Origin: Eremomyces bilateralis CBS 781.70
Lineage: Eukaryota
Strand: one strand, 5' to 3'
NCBI GenBank assembly: GCA_010015585.1
Contig: ML975155.1
Length of the DNA: 64,000 bases
Below the pieces are notes generated by a model. It was not told the origin of the DNA. It searched no databases and saw only the letters and a program-made list of their open reading frames with translations. Below are positions 10,806 to 23,101 of this stretch, in pieces (the stretch's first letter is position 1; each line of letters begins with the position of its first letter). Both the position numbers and the translations under genes were made by a program.

Positions 10806-12221
10806 TCATTCTTCCATTTCCAGTTCCAGAATGGAGTACACGCTTCCGGCCGGCGTCTTGGTGTTCAACAGCTTCAACTTCGGACTGGCCTGCGCAAACA
10901 AGCCTTTCCAATCTTCTAGATCCCGCTCCTTACCATTGAAGTGGGTCATCATCACCAAGTCGACCATTCTGGTTCTAAATTAGCGCATGCTTAATCATAA
11001 AACCGAAACCGACCATCCAACATACCTGACCTGTGCCTCGTCCAACTTCGGAATAGCATTCGGAGGTGGGATCAATCCATCCATGATGACCAGCTTCGCC
11101 CCCTTCTTCATCGCCGGCAGCAGATTCTCGAGGATCTTCACCGCGTACTTATCGGACCAGTCATGGCAGATTTGGCGTAAGATGTACACATCCGCGTCCT
11201 TGACCGGCTGAGGGGTGAAGAAGTCCAACGGTAGGAACGAGATCCGGGATTTGAGCGGCTCGGGGAGCGCTTCCGCACCCTGCGCGACTACGTGCGGGAG
11301 ATCTTCGACCACGAAGGTGAGGGAGGGATAGGCATTCGCAAGAGCGATGGATGCGTGGCCGGCAGAGCCGCCGATCTATATGCCTTAGCATTGGGGGTGG
11401 TATACCACCCGGGAGAGATGTTCTTCATACGTCCACGACTTTCCCATTGCCTAGCGCTGCCCAATCATAACCTTCCACCAAATGGCGCAGATGATACCTC
11501 GGACTACTCGCCATCCCTTGCATCAACCCCGCGAACCGCTTCGCCTTCGCGGGATGGTTTTGCATGTACTTGAACATGGGCATCTCCGTATCGAACGCGA
11601 CGTTAAACCCGGTCTCCGTGGTCTCCGGACTCGCGCCCCACTTCGCCGTCGCCTCCGGCATCTTAGAGACGATGTGGAACGAGTGCTCAGAGTAATGGCC
11701 GATGTAATTCTGCATAAACGGGTCGTTGCCAAGGAGCTTGGACTCGGACGTGTGTGCCACGCTGCCAACAGTGGGCTCGGTGAAGATGCCGTGGGTTATG
11801 GCATAGCGCAGCACGCGCTTGAGCTGGGACTCATCGACGCCAGCAGCGGTAGCGAGCGCGGTGAATGTGATGGGGGCATCCAGTGGGACGGATTGCGCGA
11901 TGCGAAACTGGTAAATCCAGCGCAGGGACGCGGAAAGGACGGTAGACTGCGAGTATCAACATATGATGGTCCACTGATGACGGCGGACGGATGGCTACTC
12001 ACGCCTGTGGTCAGGTTGATCAGGCGCTCTCTCGGGCCAGTCGTGATGTCGTAGATGGCCTTCGACACATCGCGAAGCTTCTGCCGCGCTGCCTGTACAT
12101 CCGGCGCCGCCGCATCGAAGTTCGGAATTGATCCGTTCGTCGTGCCTAGGAATGCGGAGACCGTCTTCGCCAGGCCTTGGATCTCGTCCGCTAGCTGTTC
12201 AAGATTTTGAAGGGGGGCCAT
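10806..12221 (-). CDS. SAM-dependent O-methyltransferase (fungal secondary-metabolism type)
   Basis: Four exons (introns about 11947-12002, 11376-11430 and 10975-11025). SAM motif VVDIGGSAGH, LDFFTPQP and RQICHDW. Confidence 0.88.
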
Positions 12222-13222
12222 TACGGAAATCGACACGAGAAAGGATTCAATTGATGACTGGGAATTGGAGAAAATAAGGAAGACTGATAAGGAAGTGGAT
12301 GAACGAGCTGGGACGTGAAGTACCTATCTATTTTCATCACCCCACCGTTCCCCTCCAGTCGGACACGTTGATGATGCAGTTAATTGTGATACCGATAGGC
12401 TACCGCTGGCATATCTGCACGTTCTAGTACGTATGTGTGGACGGAACGGTCTAAGAGCTGTAAGCGGTCGGATTTATACACCATTCGAAGGCCGCGGATA
12501 GAGTTGTGCGATTCCGGTGTCTAGGATCATGCATAAGCGGCTTCGGTTACTGGGCTGACCTGAGCCGTTGCATATCGAACCAGGTGGGTGGGAATTAGTT
12601 GATCAATATACCGTAAAGCGACTGGCCGTTCACAGTTTGAGGGATTTGAAGCTGTACTTGTCGCATATGTCTGTCGCACAATTTGCCCAGTCCTTGGGTG
12701 TCTTATCATCAGCAGGATGCCTTTCGAACCACGTACCCTCTTCCCCGCACGGCACAAACAACCCATCATGGGGATATGGAGAGGGATGGTCCATACTTCG
12801 GATCCACCCTCTCAGGGCAGTGAAATCAGTCAGATGTCGTCTAGCTGAAGTTCGATATGAAACATGCGAACCTCACGTTGTGTAACATGTCGTGCGTGTG
12901 TTGTGTAACGCTAAGACGGACCAACAATGGGTGGAGGAGCCAAGGAATCTATTAGCCTTAGAGCCTCAGGTTTTAACTCCTGACCCCTGTCTGGTCGGGG
13001 GATCTCCCTGCCACTGACCTCATCTCGATGTTGCGCCGAGGCACTTGATCAGATTGATACCGACGTTTGGCCACCTTAGCATTGCGGGTGAAATGGACAG
13101 ATTCCACACGGTTATTCGGAGTATTGAATTGTACTCCTTTGACACTGCTCCCATACCCTCAAGCTGAAGTGCCCTTGGACATTGTTAGAAACAAAACCAT
13201 CAAGCAAGTCAAGATAGACAAC

Positions 13223-14125
13223 ATGGACTTGAACAGCCTATTCGATGTCAAAGTAAGCACCCGTTTCTCTCCCTCCCTTGGTATCTCCGTGCTAATTCAA
13301 CACCATTTCAGGGCAAAGTTGTCCTCGTAACCGGCGGAGCTAAGGGCATTGGCCGTATGATCTCGGAAGGGTTCGTCCAGAATGGTGCCAGAGTTTACAT
13401 CTCATCACGAGACGTCAAAGCATGCGATAAAGCTGTGCAAGAGCTGAACGCCCTTGGAAAAGGACAAGCCTTTGCCATTCCCGCCGATTTTTACAAGGAG
13501 TCGGAATGTAAGAGACTGGCGGACGAGCTCAAGAAGAGAGAGAAAGGTACGCGGCGACCACCGTATAGACCATGGCAATAGCTGACCGACTGAAATAGAG
13601 CTCCATGTCCTCATCAATAACAGCGGCAGCAATTGGGGCGCTGCATATGACGAATACCCGGACTCTGCCTGGACTCGCGTGCTAACCCTCAACCTCCAAC
13701 GCGTCTTCACTATCACCCAGCTAGTCACCCCCCTCCTCGAAGCTGCCTCTCGCGACGGCAATCCGGCCCGCATCGTCAACATCGGCAGCGTCGACGGCCT
13801 GAAGGTCCCCTCGCTGGAGACCTTCGCGTATTCCGCTAGCAAAGCCGGCCTGCACCATCTGAGCCGGGTGCTCGCGAACCATCTGGGACGGCGGAACATC
13901 ACGTCCAACACGATTGCGTGTGGTCCGTTCCAGTCGAAGATGATGGCGGCGACGTTGGAGAAGTTCCAGGGTATTATCGAGAGTGGAATTCCTTTGGGGC
14001 GGATTGGGAAAGAAACGGACATCGCGGGGACGTGCTTGTTCTTGAGCAGTCCGGCGGGGTCGTATGTCAACGGAGCCACGATAACGCTCGATGGCGGGTC
14101 GGTAATTGGGTCTTCAAAGCTGTAA
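13223..14125 (+). CDS. Short-chain dehydrogenase/reductase with C-terminal PTS1 (-SKL)
   Basis: TGGAKGIG, NNSG and YSASK motifs. Introns at 13253-13311 and 13547-13598. Protein ends GSSKL*. Confidence 0.9.
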
Positions 14126-14680
14126 AAGAACGGATCATGGATCTATTGGATAAGCATGGGCAGCACGGTCTTCAATATTTACCTATGGGATTATGCTGGA
14201 AGGGTTCCCAATCTTGCTTTAGTTACTATATAAAATTAGTGGCTTGTATATCAATCTGGAACTTATCCAAACAAACAAAAGCATTGGGCCTTTTGAAGAT
14301 AGGCATTATGAATTCGATGTCAGAAAAAAATTCTTTCATTCCATACGGCAATCTGTTTAACTAACTAACTGACGTGGTGAACTGGTGATAAATCTCCTGT
14401 GATACCATATCGATGATATCGTGGACCATGAACCCCTGTAAACAGAGGAGGCCTTGGCGGGAATTCGAAGAGCACGTCGCGTTGACACTTCAACACCTGT
14501 AGGTATCTTTGATGGCCTTCAATACCTTATTTCCCCCACAACCATTCATCTGTTAGGACTACACCTAGTTGAACTGGCGAGTTTCACTTAATTCTAATCT
14601 ATCCAGTATTCGTATGCCAGATCTACCCACCTCAACCCCTTCCCGTAATATCTTTCGGAATCCCAACACATCCATTCGAC

Positions 14681-16089
14681 ATGGGTTCACGCCTCCTAAA
14701 CGCGCCCATCGTGCTCGATAATGGCAGCGGGACGATCCGAGCTGGGTTCGCAGGACAAGACCTACCGAAATGCTACTTCCCCTCCTTCGTCGGGCGACCG
14801 AAGCACGTACGAGCGTTGGCCGGCGCGCTGGAAGGGGATGTGTTCATAGGACCGAAGGCGCAGGAGCTGAGGGGGCTGTTGAAAATCAATTACCCGTTGG
14901 AGCACGGCATCGTCACGGATTGGGATGATATGGAGAAGATCTGGCATTATGTATATGCTGAGGAGTTGAAGGCGATGAGTGAAGATGTGAGTATAACCGG
15001 GAACACTTAGCTTCGGTAGGAGCTGGTGCTGGATATGGAGAATCGCATATGGAATTTGCATGGTATACGACCGGACTAACATATCTGCAGCATCCAGTCT
15101 TACTGACCGAACCTCCCTTAAACCCCCGCACGAACCGCGACATCGCTGCCCAAATCCTCTTCGAAACCTTCAACGTCCCCGCTCTTTACACCTCCATCCA
15201 AGCCGTCCTCTCCCTCTACGCCTCCGGACGGACCACTGGAATCGTCCTCGACTCCGGCGACGGCGTGTCGCATGCCGTTCCCGTCTACGAAGGGTTCGCG
15301 ATCCCCAACTCGATCCGGCGAATCGACGTGGCCGGCCGCGACGTCACGGAGTATATGCAGACGCTGCTGCGGAAAGCGGGCTATGTGTTTCATACGAGTG
15401 CGGAGAAGGAGGAGGTGAGGAGGATAAAGGAGACGAGGAGTTATGTGGCAATTGATCCGGTGAGGGAGGAGAAGGAGTGGGCGCAGCTGCAGGGGAAGGG
15501 AGAGCGGGGGGTGGAGTATGTGTTACCGGATGGGATGAAGATCAAGGTGAGTCTCACCATTTCTGTAGTGAAGCGATTGGATGGTGGAGCGACAGGGGGA
15601 GAGCAAAGCGACTTCGTTACAGCAGTGGTTATGCAAAGTCACTGACACATCTTCCCAGGTTGGCGCAGAGCGTTTCCGCGCACCAGAAATTCTCTTTAAT
15701 CCTGATATAATCGGCCTGGAATATCCCGGCGTGCATCAGATCATCGTCGACTCCATCAAGCGGACCGACATGGATCTCCGGAGAGCGTTGTTCGAGAGCA
15801 TCGTCCTCTCTGGCGGATCCACGCTCACCAAAGGATTCGGCGACCGCTTGCTGCGCGAGGTGAAGAAAGTGGCGCTCAACGACACGAAGATAAAGATCTT
15901 CGCGCCGCCGGAGCGGAAGTACACGACGTGGACGGGGGGAAGTATTTTGGCGGGACTGAGCACGTTCAAGAAGGTATGTGGATTCGTTGGTCAAGATGAC
16001 TACTCGCGGCTGACTCTATGGGATAGATGTGGGTGGAGAAAGACGAGTGGCAGGAGAATCCCGATATCATTCATACCAAGTTCTCGTGA
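14681..16089 (+). CDS. ARP1: Actin-related protein 1 (centractin, dynactin subunit)
   Basis: Actin-fold motifs [28 protein letters not shown] and APPERKY, with Arp1-type residues ([13 protein letters not shown]). Exons 14681-14986, 15091-15546, 15659-15973 and 16027-16089 give 379 aa. Confidence 0.93.
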
Positions 16090-18613
16090 TGACGAAACGT
16101 CGGTTGGTATGGAACGACTTGTGCTATCTCGGACGGGTTGTGCGGATCGGACCATTCCTGGTGTCATTTGTGGTAAATCGCAAATGCATCACTGGCATTG
16201 GGAATGATTCTCAGGGACCATGGCGTTGGCCTGCGTCAACGCCATCCGTTCCCATCGGTCAGAACCCGACTGTTCACCCCTTGGTGGCTGGCAAGAGCGA
16301 GCTGTCTTCCCTTTGGATTTTCGGGTCCGCTTGTTAAATCTTCATCGAGCGTGATCTACCCTTAGCGTCCGCCGTCCTACAATGAGCGAGCAATCCGGCA
16401 ATTTTTTGGAGCGCGCTAGATACCCCCGCATTCTGGGATTTTGATTTTTGGGCGCGCTCGCGGGAAGACTTTGTTGTTCCTCCCTGGAAATCTGGGGTCT
16501 AGCGCGGTTTTTTGGGTTCATGGTGTGATGATCCAAGGTTCGGGTCAGGGGATCCGGGAATGGGAGGATGGAACCCGAGCCGTCTCCTGAGGTTCACACT
16601 ATTACGTACGATCTCCGAGCATGAGCTTGAACGCAAGCAAGGGAACAGCGAAATCTTTCACGAGGAGAGTGCGGGCTGCTGAGAATTGAGATGATTGTGC
16701 CATTTGTTCGTGCTGAAGGAATTCAAAAACTCGAAACGTGTAGAATTTGCCATTCTGGGGAATATTAGGCGATCGTCCTGTTCTGGGAGACAAGCCGCAA
16801 TGCGAAACGTAACACCGTTCCTCCGTAACCTTTCCTAAGAATATCAATTGCGTAACGAGGTAATGCTGGTGCCTGGTAGTAATTTGGCATGCTGTGCCTC
16901 ACAGTACAGTCGTCACAGACAAATTGATAAAGGTATGGAGTGACAGGAAGGGTCGTTCACCCACCCTCTTCAACCTTTCGACATCACTGTAGGGGGACAA
17001 ATACCATTACTTAGCTGCACATGGTTGCGATATATTAGCCTGAATACCCAATGGGGAAGAGAAAGGCAAGGAGCGTAGAACCCTCGAAGAGGGAGAGATT
17101 CTTCGACCGACAAGCCGTAAGAGCGGCACTTCTTCTGAGACATTGCACGATAGACAACTTTTGGTGCCGTAACGCAGTCGAATACTCAACTGGAAATCAA
17201 ATGGGACACGATAGCCAATTTTCGCAAGAATTGGAATGGACGACGCCATCTGCCGTCAGTCAGGATGCCGCATCGTGAAAACTCTGCTCGCCTCCACCGA
17301 TGGTCCAGTCTTCGCCATCCAATTCGCATCGTGAAGTGCCAAAACCGCAACTGGAACCTTCGCAATTTCCAATGGGCGACACCCCGGAAAATCTCTTCAG
17401 TCACACGTTGTCTCGCATTCGGTCGTTAGTCAGAACGAGGTTTTCATTACCCCCAGGAAACCAGGGCCGGTTCCTATTACCCTCACGAAACTGACGCCCT
17501 CCCAGTTTCCTCGCAACGTGACCCGACGAAATCTTTTCATCGGTGGATGCCAGAGAGCGCACTGGCCAGTCAAACGCCGCAAACGACATGCGAATGGCGG
17601 GTCGACGGGGTCGCTCCCCCTCGCATGGCCCCCGGTTCAGGGCGGAGAGCGGCGGCTACTGCTAGCTGGGCGGCGTGGCCTGGGCGACATTCGCCAGTCG
17701 TTCCAGCACATGCGGCGCGCAATTCATGATGGAAGGATTCAAGTTTAATTGTAGAATGCATCATCGTATCGCATCATCGCTGAGGTGAAGCACAACAACC
17801 GATGGACCTCGTCGCAATGTCGACTTCCTTGGCTGGCCCCGTCGCGCATCGGGAATGGATGTTACATCTGACCAGGCTGGCGGAACCCTTTGGGGTCTGG
17901 ACAAGGACTTGGACGCCGGAGAACAGCACATTGGCAATATTGTGCAATGAGAGCGACATCGAGCAAATGTCATCTTCTCAGTCAATAATGGGTTTTGGAA
18001 GTCGCAAAATTCTTCGGTTCCTCCCAATTGTCACCAAGTTCCTCTTCTAGGTCGCAACGGCAACCGTCCGGTAAAGTTCAGCATTCCTACGATGACATGA
18101 CGGTATGACAGAATGATCCTAAGCAACGTCCAAAATGTCAAGCAAGGAAATTTCCTGGTCACAAGGCATGGCATGAGCGTCGTGGGCTTGTGGCTGTTTT
18201 CCAGGAAAAAAGTGCAGGGCTGCAGCAGTTGGGCGTCACCCACCGCGTCAGCCAGCGGCGGGTGTTCAAAACGGTTCGCCAGCGATGGTCTGACTGGGTC
18301 CATCTGGCAGCTCCAAGCTCCAAGCCAGGGCCCGGTCAGGATGCGGAGAAGGGCCAAGAAAGACGATCGAATGGGTCCCCAATTCTATTTCCAACATGTT
18401 GCCGTTAACTGAATAGCGCAACCACCGCTTTGAGGTACTTTCTGACTTCTGACGCACTCCACCACCATCGTGATGTTGCAGCTTCTGCAGAGTTTTCCCG
18501 CTGGGCGTGGTGAAGTGGTCCCATGGCCCTTGGATTTCTCGGTCCATCCACAGGAATGGGTCAGCCGTCTGGGGTAAATCCGTAAAAGTCTAAAAGTCTT
18601 TCAGCGCGTTCAA

Positions 18614-18620
18614 TATAAAT
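18614..18620 (+). promoter_or_regulatory. Probable TATA box of the Par32-like gene
   Basis: TATAAAT about 190 bp upstream of the ATG at 18808, followed by a pyrimidine-rich tract. Confidence 0.45.
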
Positions 18621-18807
18621 ACAGCTCGGGTACCTGGACCTGAGTTTGCCCACTTTTTCTTCAGCATTTACCTCCAACATTAGAGTTCTTTGACCATACC
18701 TAACTAAAGTCACTCACATCTATCCAATAAATCTATCAAAGTCTATTTTGCGGTTCTCTCCCCAAGTCTATCACATCGGCCCTCCACCTCCCCACGTCAA
18801 CCGTACG

Positions 18808-19296
18808 ATGTCAGTTTCCTCATCGTCCTCATCCTCCACCATGGGCTCCTACCACATCACCGAACCCCACCCCTCCGTCCCCTCCAGCCACTACTTCCAC
18901 TCCGGCCGCGGCGGCGCCGGCAACGTCACCCAAGTCGACCCCTCCCAAATCTCCTCCCCTACTACCGCCACAGGGCCCGCCTCCGCCATCCCCCTCCATA
19001 CCAACCCCTCCGCCTATGTCGCCGTTGGCCGCGGCGGCGCCGGTAACTTCCGCCACGAGAACGAGCGCGCCATCTTCAGCTTCGACGAGGAGCTTGAGCG
19101 CCAGCGCAAGCTGACCGAGAACGCTGCGCCCGTGTACATGACCGGGCGGGGCGGAGCGGGGAACTGCTTCGCGTCGGGGAAGGCAGGAAGCGTGAGGAGC
19201 TCGCAGACGGGAGGGAGTGATCGCTCGGGGAGGAAGAGCCTCGAGGGCGCGTGGAGCCGCGTGAAGGGCAGCTTCAGTGGGGCGAGCAAGCAATAG
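18808..19296 (+). CDS. GRGGAGN-repeat protein (DUF3602 / yeast Par32-like)
   Basis: Three GRGGAGN motifs in a small Ser-rich protein. Confidence 0.8.
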   Translation: MSVSSSSSSSTMGSYHITEPHPSVPSSHYFHSGRGGAGNVTQVDPSQISSPTTATGPASAIPLHTNPSAYVAVGRGGAGNFRHENERAIFSFDEELERQRKLTENAAPVYMTGRGGAGNCFASGKAGSVRSSQTGGSDRSGRKSLEGAWSRVKGSFSGASKQ

Positions 19297-19413
19297 CGCC
19301 GCGGTGACGGGGCTCGATTAACGACTTTACCGGATTGGGATGTCAACATCCTCGGCGCATCGGTCTGGTATTGATTTCTTACATGGTGTTCGAATGGATC
19401 ATGGCTCGGAAAG

Positions 19414-19456
19414 CAGGGCAAACGAACAGGGCAAATGAACAGGGCAAACGAACAGG
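19414..19456 (+). repeat. 13-bp tandem repeat CAGGGCAAA(C/T)GAA x3 in probable 3' UTR
   Basis: Read directly from the sequence. Confidence 0.85.
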
Positions 19457-20972
19457 GGGAACGGGAACGGATGATCATCTTCAGCGGGAAAAAGTGTTTC
19501 AAAGACGGCATTTCGGGGTTCGCATTCGGATGGAGCTGGTGTATTCAGTCTCATGTCCTTTCTGGCATTTCTTCGATTTGAACGGTCGAGTTGAATTCCG
19601 GCGGATATACCCCAAGCCCCAAACGAGGGTGCCGCGCAACTGTGGCGAGACAGTTTACGATTACGACTTTATTGATATAATATAATTCATTTTTACTCCT
19701 CACTTACCCTTGTGCACTACTACTGAAGGAAGTGCCTCCTTGCTCCATCGTATTATGCACAATTCTTTTGAGTGAGGTACCTAGAACTGGAAGGATTACC
19801 GCAACAGCAGGAAGAGCGCGGCCTGGAAGTGGAAGCATCTTGTGAGCCTAATTTCCCTCGGCGGACTGGCTAGAAAAGCAACCGACAGCAGGGGAACCGG
19901 GATGAGCTGTTTCTGACTGTCTACAGACCGAAAGTTCAGTGCTCGCAGTGCAATGTTGTAGGAATTTGGAATATACCTATGTAGATTTCAGGGCCACGTC
20001 CCATGTGGCTGCAAAAGCAAAATCTGGGGAAGTAGACCCCTTGACGTCACTCGGCTTCCAACAGGGTATCGCACAGTCCTGTGCGACTGTCATTGTGAAT
20101 TCGTGATAGTTCACGCCAATCACGACATTCATTCTTCAAAGCTGGTCCTTGAATATAATCCTGATACGGCCATAACCTTTGATCGTATCGTGTCGCTGTT
20201 CCAGACCGGTGGAATGATTCAGTGTTGTTGTCCATGACCTGAATAGCTATACGGAGTATTTCCCCTGTTGTTCCCCCCCTATTGTTCGCCTGGACAATGA
20301 TCTCTCCCATCTTGCTACCAGGGCGGACATGATGGTGCTTGACAAGGCAGAATATATTCGGCCTGGATCCTCCCTCGACCTAGAACCCCAACTGTAAGAA
20401 AAAGAACTTCCAAGAGCACTACTACAAACATTTTATGAAGCAATTTCAAGGCATGGGTGGTGACAAGTGAGACGCAGGTTATGGGTTACCCATTCAGACC
20501 GGGTGCTTCGACTCGGCCCCAACCGTGAAGCATCATAGTCGATTGCTCGAAACTAGCTTTGCTGATAATTGCCGGTAGTCTGATGATGACTGGAGAGCAT
20601 GATTGCGCCAATTCGTGGGCCTCGTTGGCTCGGTACCATGGACTATACGGGTATCCTGAAGGTGCTCCGACACCATTGACCGACTAAGCACACTCCAGAC
20701 CATGCAGTATGGCGTCCACGTATGGCTGCTTTCAAGATGGTTGCTCTCTGCCATGCAGCTTGGGACATTTAGCACAAGGTCGTCGGAGAACTGCTCCCGA
20801 GATACCATGATATCTCCACCAGAGCGGTCTGTCAGATTTGAGGAGTGAGATGTGGAAATCATCCTCTGCCAGCAGGCTGAGTCCAGGTTTCTCCGTCAGC
20901 ACCTCCCCCGCCATATAATTTTGATGGACAGACAGTGCAGTCTTCCTTGCTTTTTCACTTCCGTCCCTTGAT

Positions 20973-21959
20973 TCATCCCTCCGATTTCCTCAGCGAGTTG
21001 TAATGCTCACCCAAGCCGAAACCATGGCGATAGTATGCCAGCCAGATATCGTCCTTTTCTGCCCCATTCTCTTTCTGTCGCCCCGACTCTATGCTCTCCA
21101 CCCTTCCATTCCCTTGTACCACATGGATGGTGACCCCATACGCCCTCGCCAACGCCATCAACTCCAAATGGCCCCCCCACTCCCCCGTCTCTTTCACCTT
21201 CCGGACATAATCCACCAACGGCTCCTCCAAAAACGCCTCAAAGTCCTCTTTATGACTTTCGATATACTCCCCCGCCACCTCTCTCACCACCTTATACCCC
21301 CCCTTCCCTTCCTCCCCATCGTTCACCACGGCAACCTCAATCTTCGGCCGCAACCCCCGCTCCCCTAACTGATCCGCCACCGCTGCATACAAACAATGTC
21401 CATCCGCCCTCACCTCCCGCTCCACCAACCCCCGCCTCCGCGTCTCCGCCAGCATCGCCGTCCGCTCCTTTTCCCGCAGGTCCGGCATTGACGCCGCTTC
21501 TTCCGCGGCTTGTGCGGCGACCTCGTCGCGCTCCGCAGCCCGTCGAGCAAGGCGTTCTTTTTGCCGGTTGCGTTTGCGGGGTTGGGGTTCGGATGTGGAA
21601 GGTGGGTTGGGATCGAGGGTGGTGTTGGCGAGAGAGGATGTTAGGGAGGCGGTGGGATCGGTGGCGAGGTCAGATTTATACACACCATTTTGCGATGGGG
21701 GTTGTGTAGTGTTGGGTTCGGTAGGCGTATTATTGTCTAGGATATCTTCTTCCGCGACGTCGGCGGTCTCGGATGGGGTAGGATCGCCGTTCAATTCTGC
21801 GAGTTCGCGGGCATGGCGGTCTTGTAGTTCGCCTTCTAGACGATTGCACTCATCGGTCACGCCTTTGCGGGTCTTCTTGGAGGCGTTTTTCTTCTTCTGC
21901 GCGATGCGAGATTGTAGGTCGCGCAGCTCTTTGGTGTGCCGGGAGACAAGAGCATCCAT
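20973..21959 (-). CDS. OTU2: OTU-domain deubiquitinase (OTU2/OTUD6-like)
   Basis: N-terminal RH.KE..DLQ coiled coil, DGHCLY catalytic Cys motif, WGGHLEL and LGEHYNSLR. Confidence 0.9.
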   Translation of the reverse strand: MDALVSRHTKELRDLQSRIAQKKKNASKKTRKGVTDECNRLEGELQDRHARELAELNGDPTPSETADVAEEDILDNNTPTEPNTTQPPSQNGVYKSDLATDPTASLTSSLANTTLDPNPPSTSEPQPRKRNRQKERLARRAAERDEVAAQAAEEAASMPDLREKERTAMLAETRRRGLVEREVRADGHCLYAAVADQLGERGLRPKIEVAVVNDGEEGKGGYKVVREVAGEYIESHKEDFEAFLEEPLVDYVRKVKETGEWGGHLELMALARAYGVTIHVVQGNGRVESIESGRQKENGAEKDDIWLAYYRHGFGLGEHYNSLRKSEG

Positions 21960-22364
21960 TATGAGCGAAGGACAGAGGGGTCGAGCCTTATAGGAAGTGT
22001 AAACGAGAGAGAAAGGCTACACAAAAAGATATGTTCCGCGACAGAGGCTGAATTGTTTGGCCTAAAACTGAGAACGCATGTCGAGGTCGTCAAGTAATTA
22101 ACGGAAGTGTACAAATACGCGGAACAAATCCTCAAGTGCCACTTATCCCAAAGCGGTTAGTGCGGTGCCGAGGCCATTGTGGTCTTTATCAATGAAACCT
22201 TAACTTATTCACAGATCACAGGTATCTAAGAATCAACCTATTATACCTTATCTCACGTACTACATTTTAAGGCACTCGACTGCGTTCCGCCTATTTGATC
22301 CCATTCAGGTCGACTCGCTCTACGCGACTTACATGTGGTCAAGACATGCTCCTCAATAATCGAC

Positions 22365-23083
22365 ATGTTAACCACACTTCCAGCAGTGCAGTCGTTTGAG
22401 GTCATCAATCCCACTGAAACCACCGTTCAATTTACCGTCTCTACGCGCCGTCGGGGCCAAGGTTTCGCAAGTCATGTTTTTGCCTACATAAAGGTCGCCG
22501 TTCGCATCCTCTTGGGCGCGTCTATTTCGCTGCTGTTATTTGTGAAGTGGAGCCATGACCGGAATACTATCCCTCGATGGTTGTCGAGGTTTACAGCGCT
22601 AGAGGCAGGAATCGGGCTGGTCGAGCAGATGGAGTGGATGTATCTAATACCAATCAGCATCGTAGGTTTGTGGCTGGCGGTAAGGAAGGGTTATGTTGGT
22701 ATGCATGTCCCCCTCGGACCTTCACACTCAGTCTAATGGTGAACAGAAGAGTCTCTGTTGGTGCTACGCGGTTTAGGTGTACAGACCACAACATCTAGCT
22801 CGACATATTTGACTACGCCAACTTCTCGCTTTATTCCTACGACGGCAATTCAAGATATCTTTCTACACGAAGCATTCAAAGGGTTCGAAGTGCGCTTCTA
22901 CCTTTCAATTGTAGTCGAGGATGAAGAAGACGCCGTGGTAGTCTTTCCAGTAAGTCCAACCTAGGCACATCTGTATGGCACTGTAACTGACAACAGGGAA
23001 TCAAGAAACTGCTCCCAAAAAGGCGCATCCTTGAGCCCGTCTGGAGGGGAGCAAAAACCTGTTTATATAATCCAAAGTCTTGA
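22365..23083 (+). CDS. GPI15: GPI-GlcNAc transferase subunit PIG-H/GPI15
   Basis: Two TM helices, then EESLLVLRGLGVQT...FIPT..IQDIFLHEAF...FYL.IVV...VVVFP..LLP. Introns at 22699-22746 and 22950-22996. Confidence 0.85.
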
Positions 23084-23101
23084 ACATCATGTCTCTTTGC
23101 C

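Noticed and set aside
16100..18740. Short ORFs in the long region upstream of the Par32-like gene
   Set aside because: No recognisable domain or consistent splice pattern; treated as regulatory or intergenic.
20047..20914. Minus-strand ORF fragments and a TTCGA hairpin near 20500 as a gene remnant or tRNA
   Set aside because: No convincing protein motif, and no D-arm or acceptor stem could be built.
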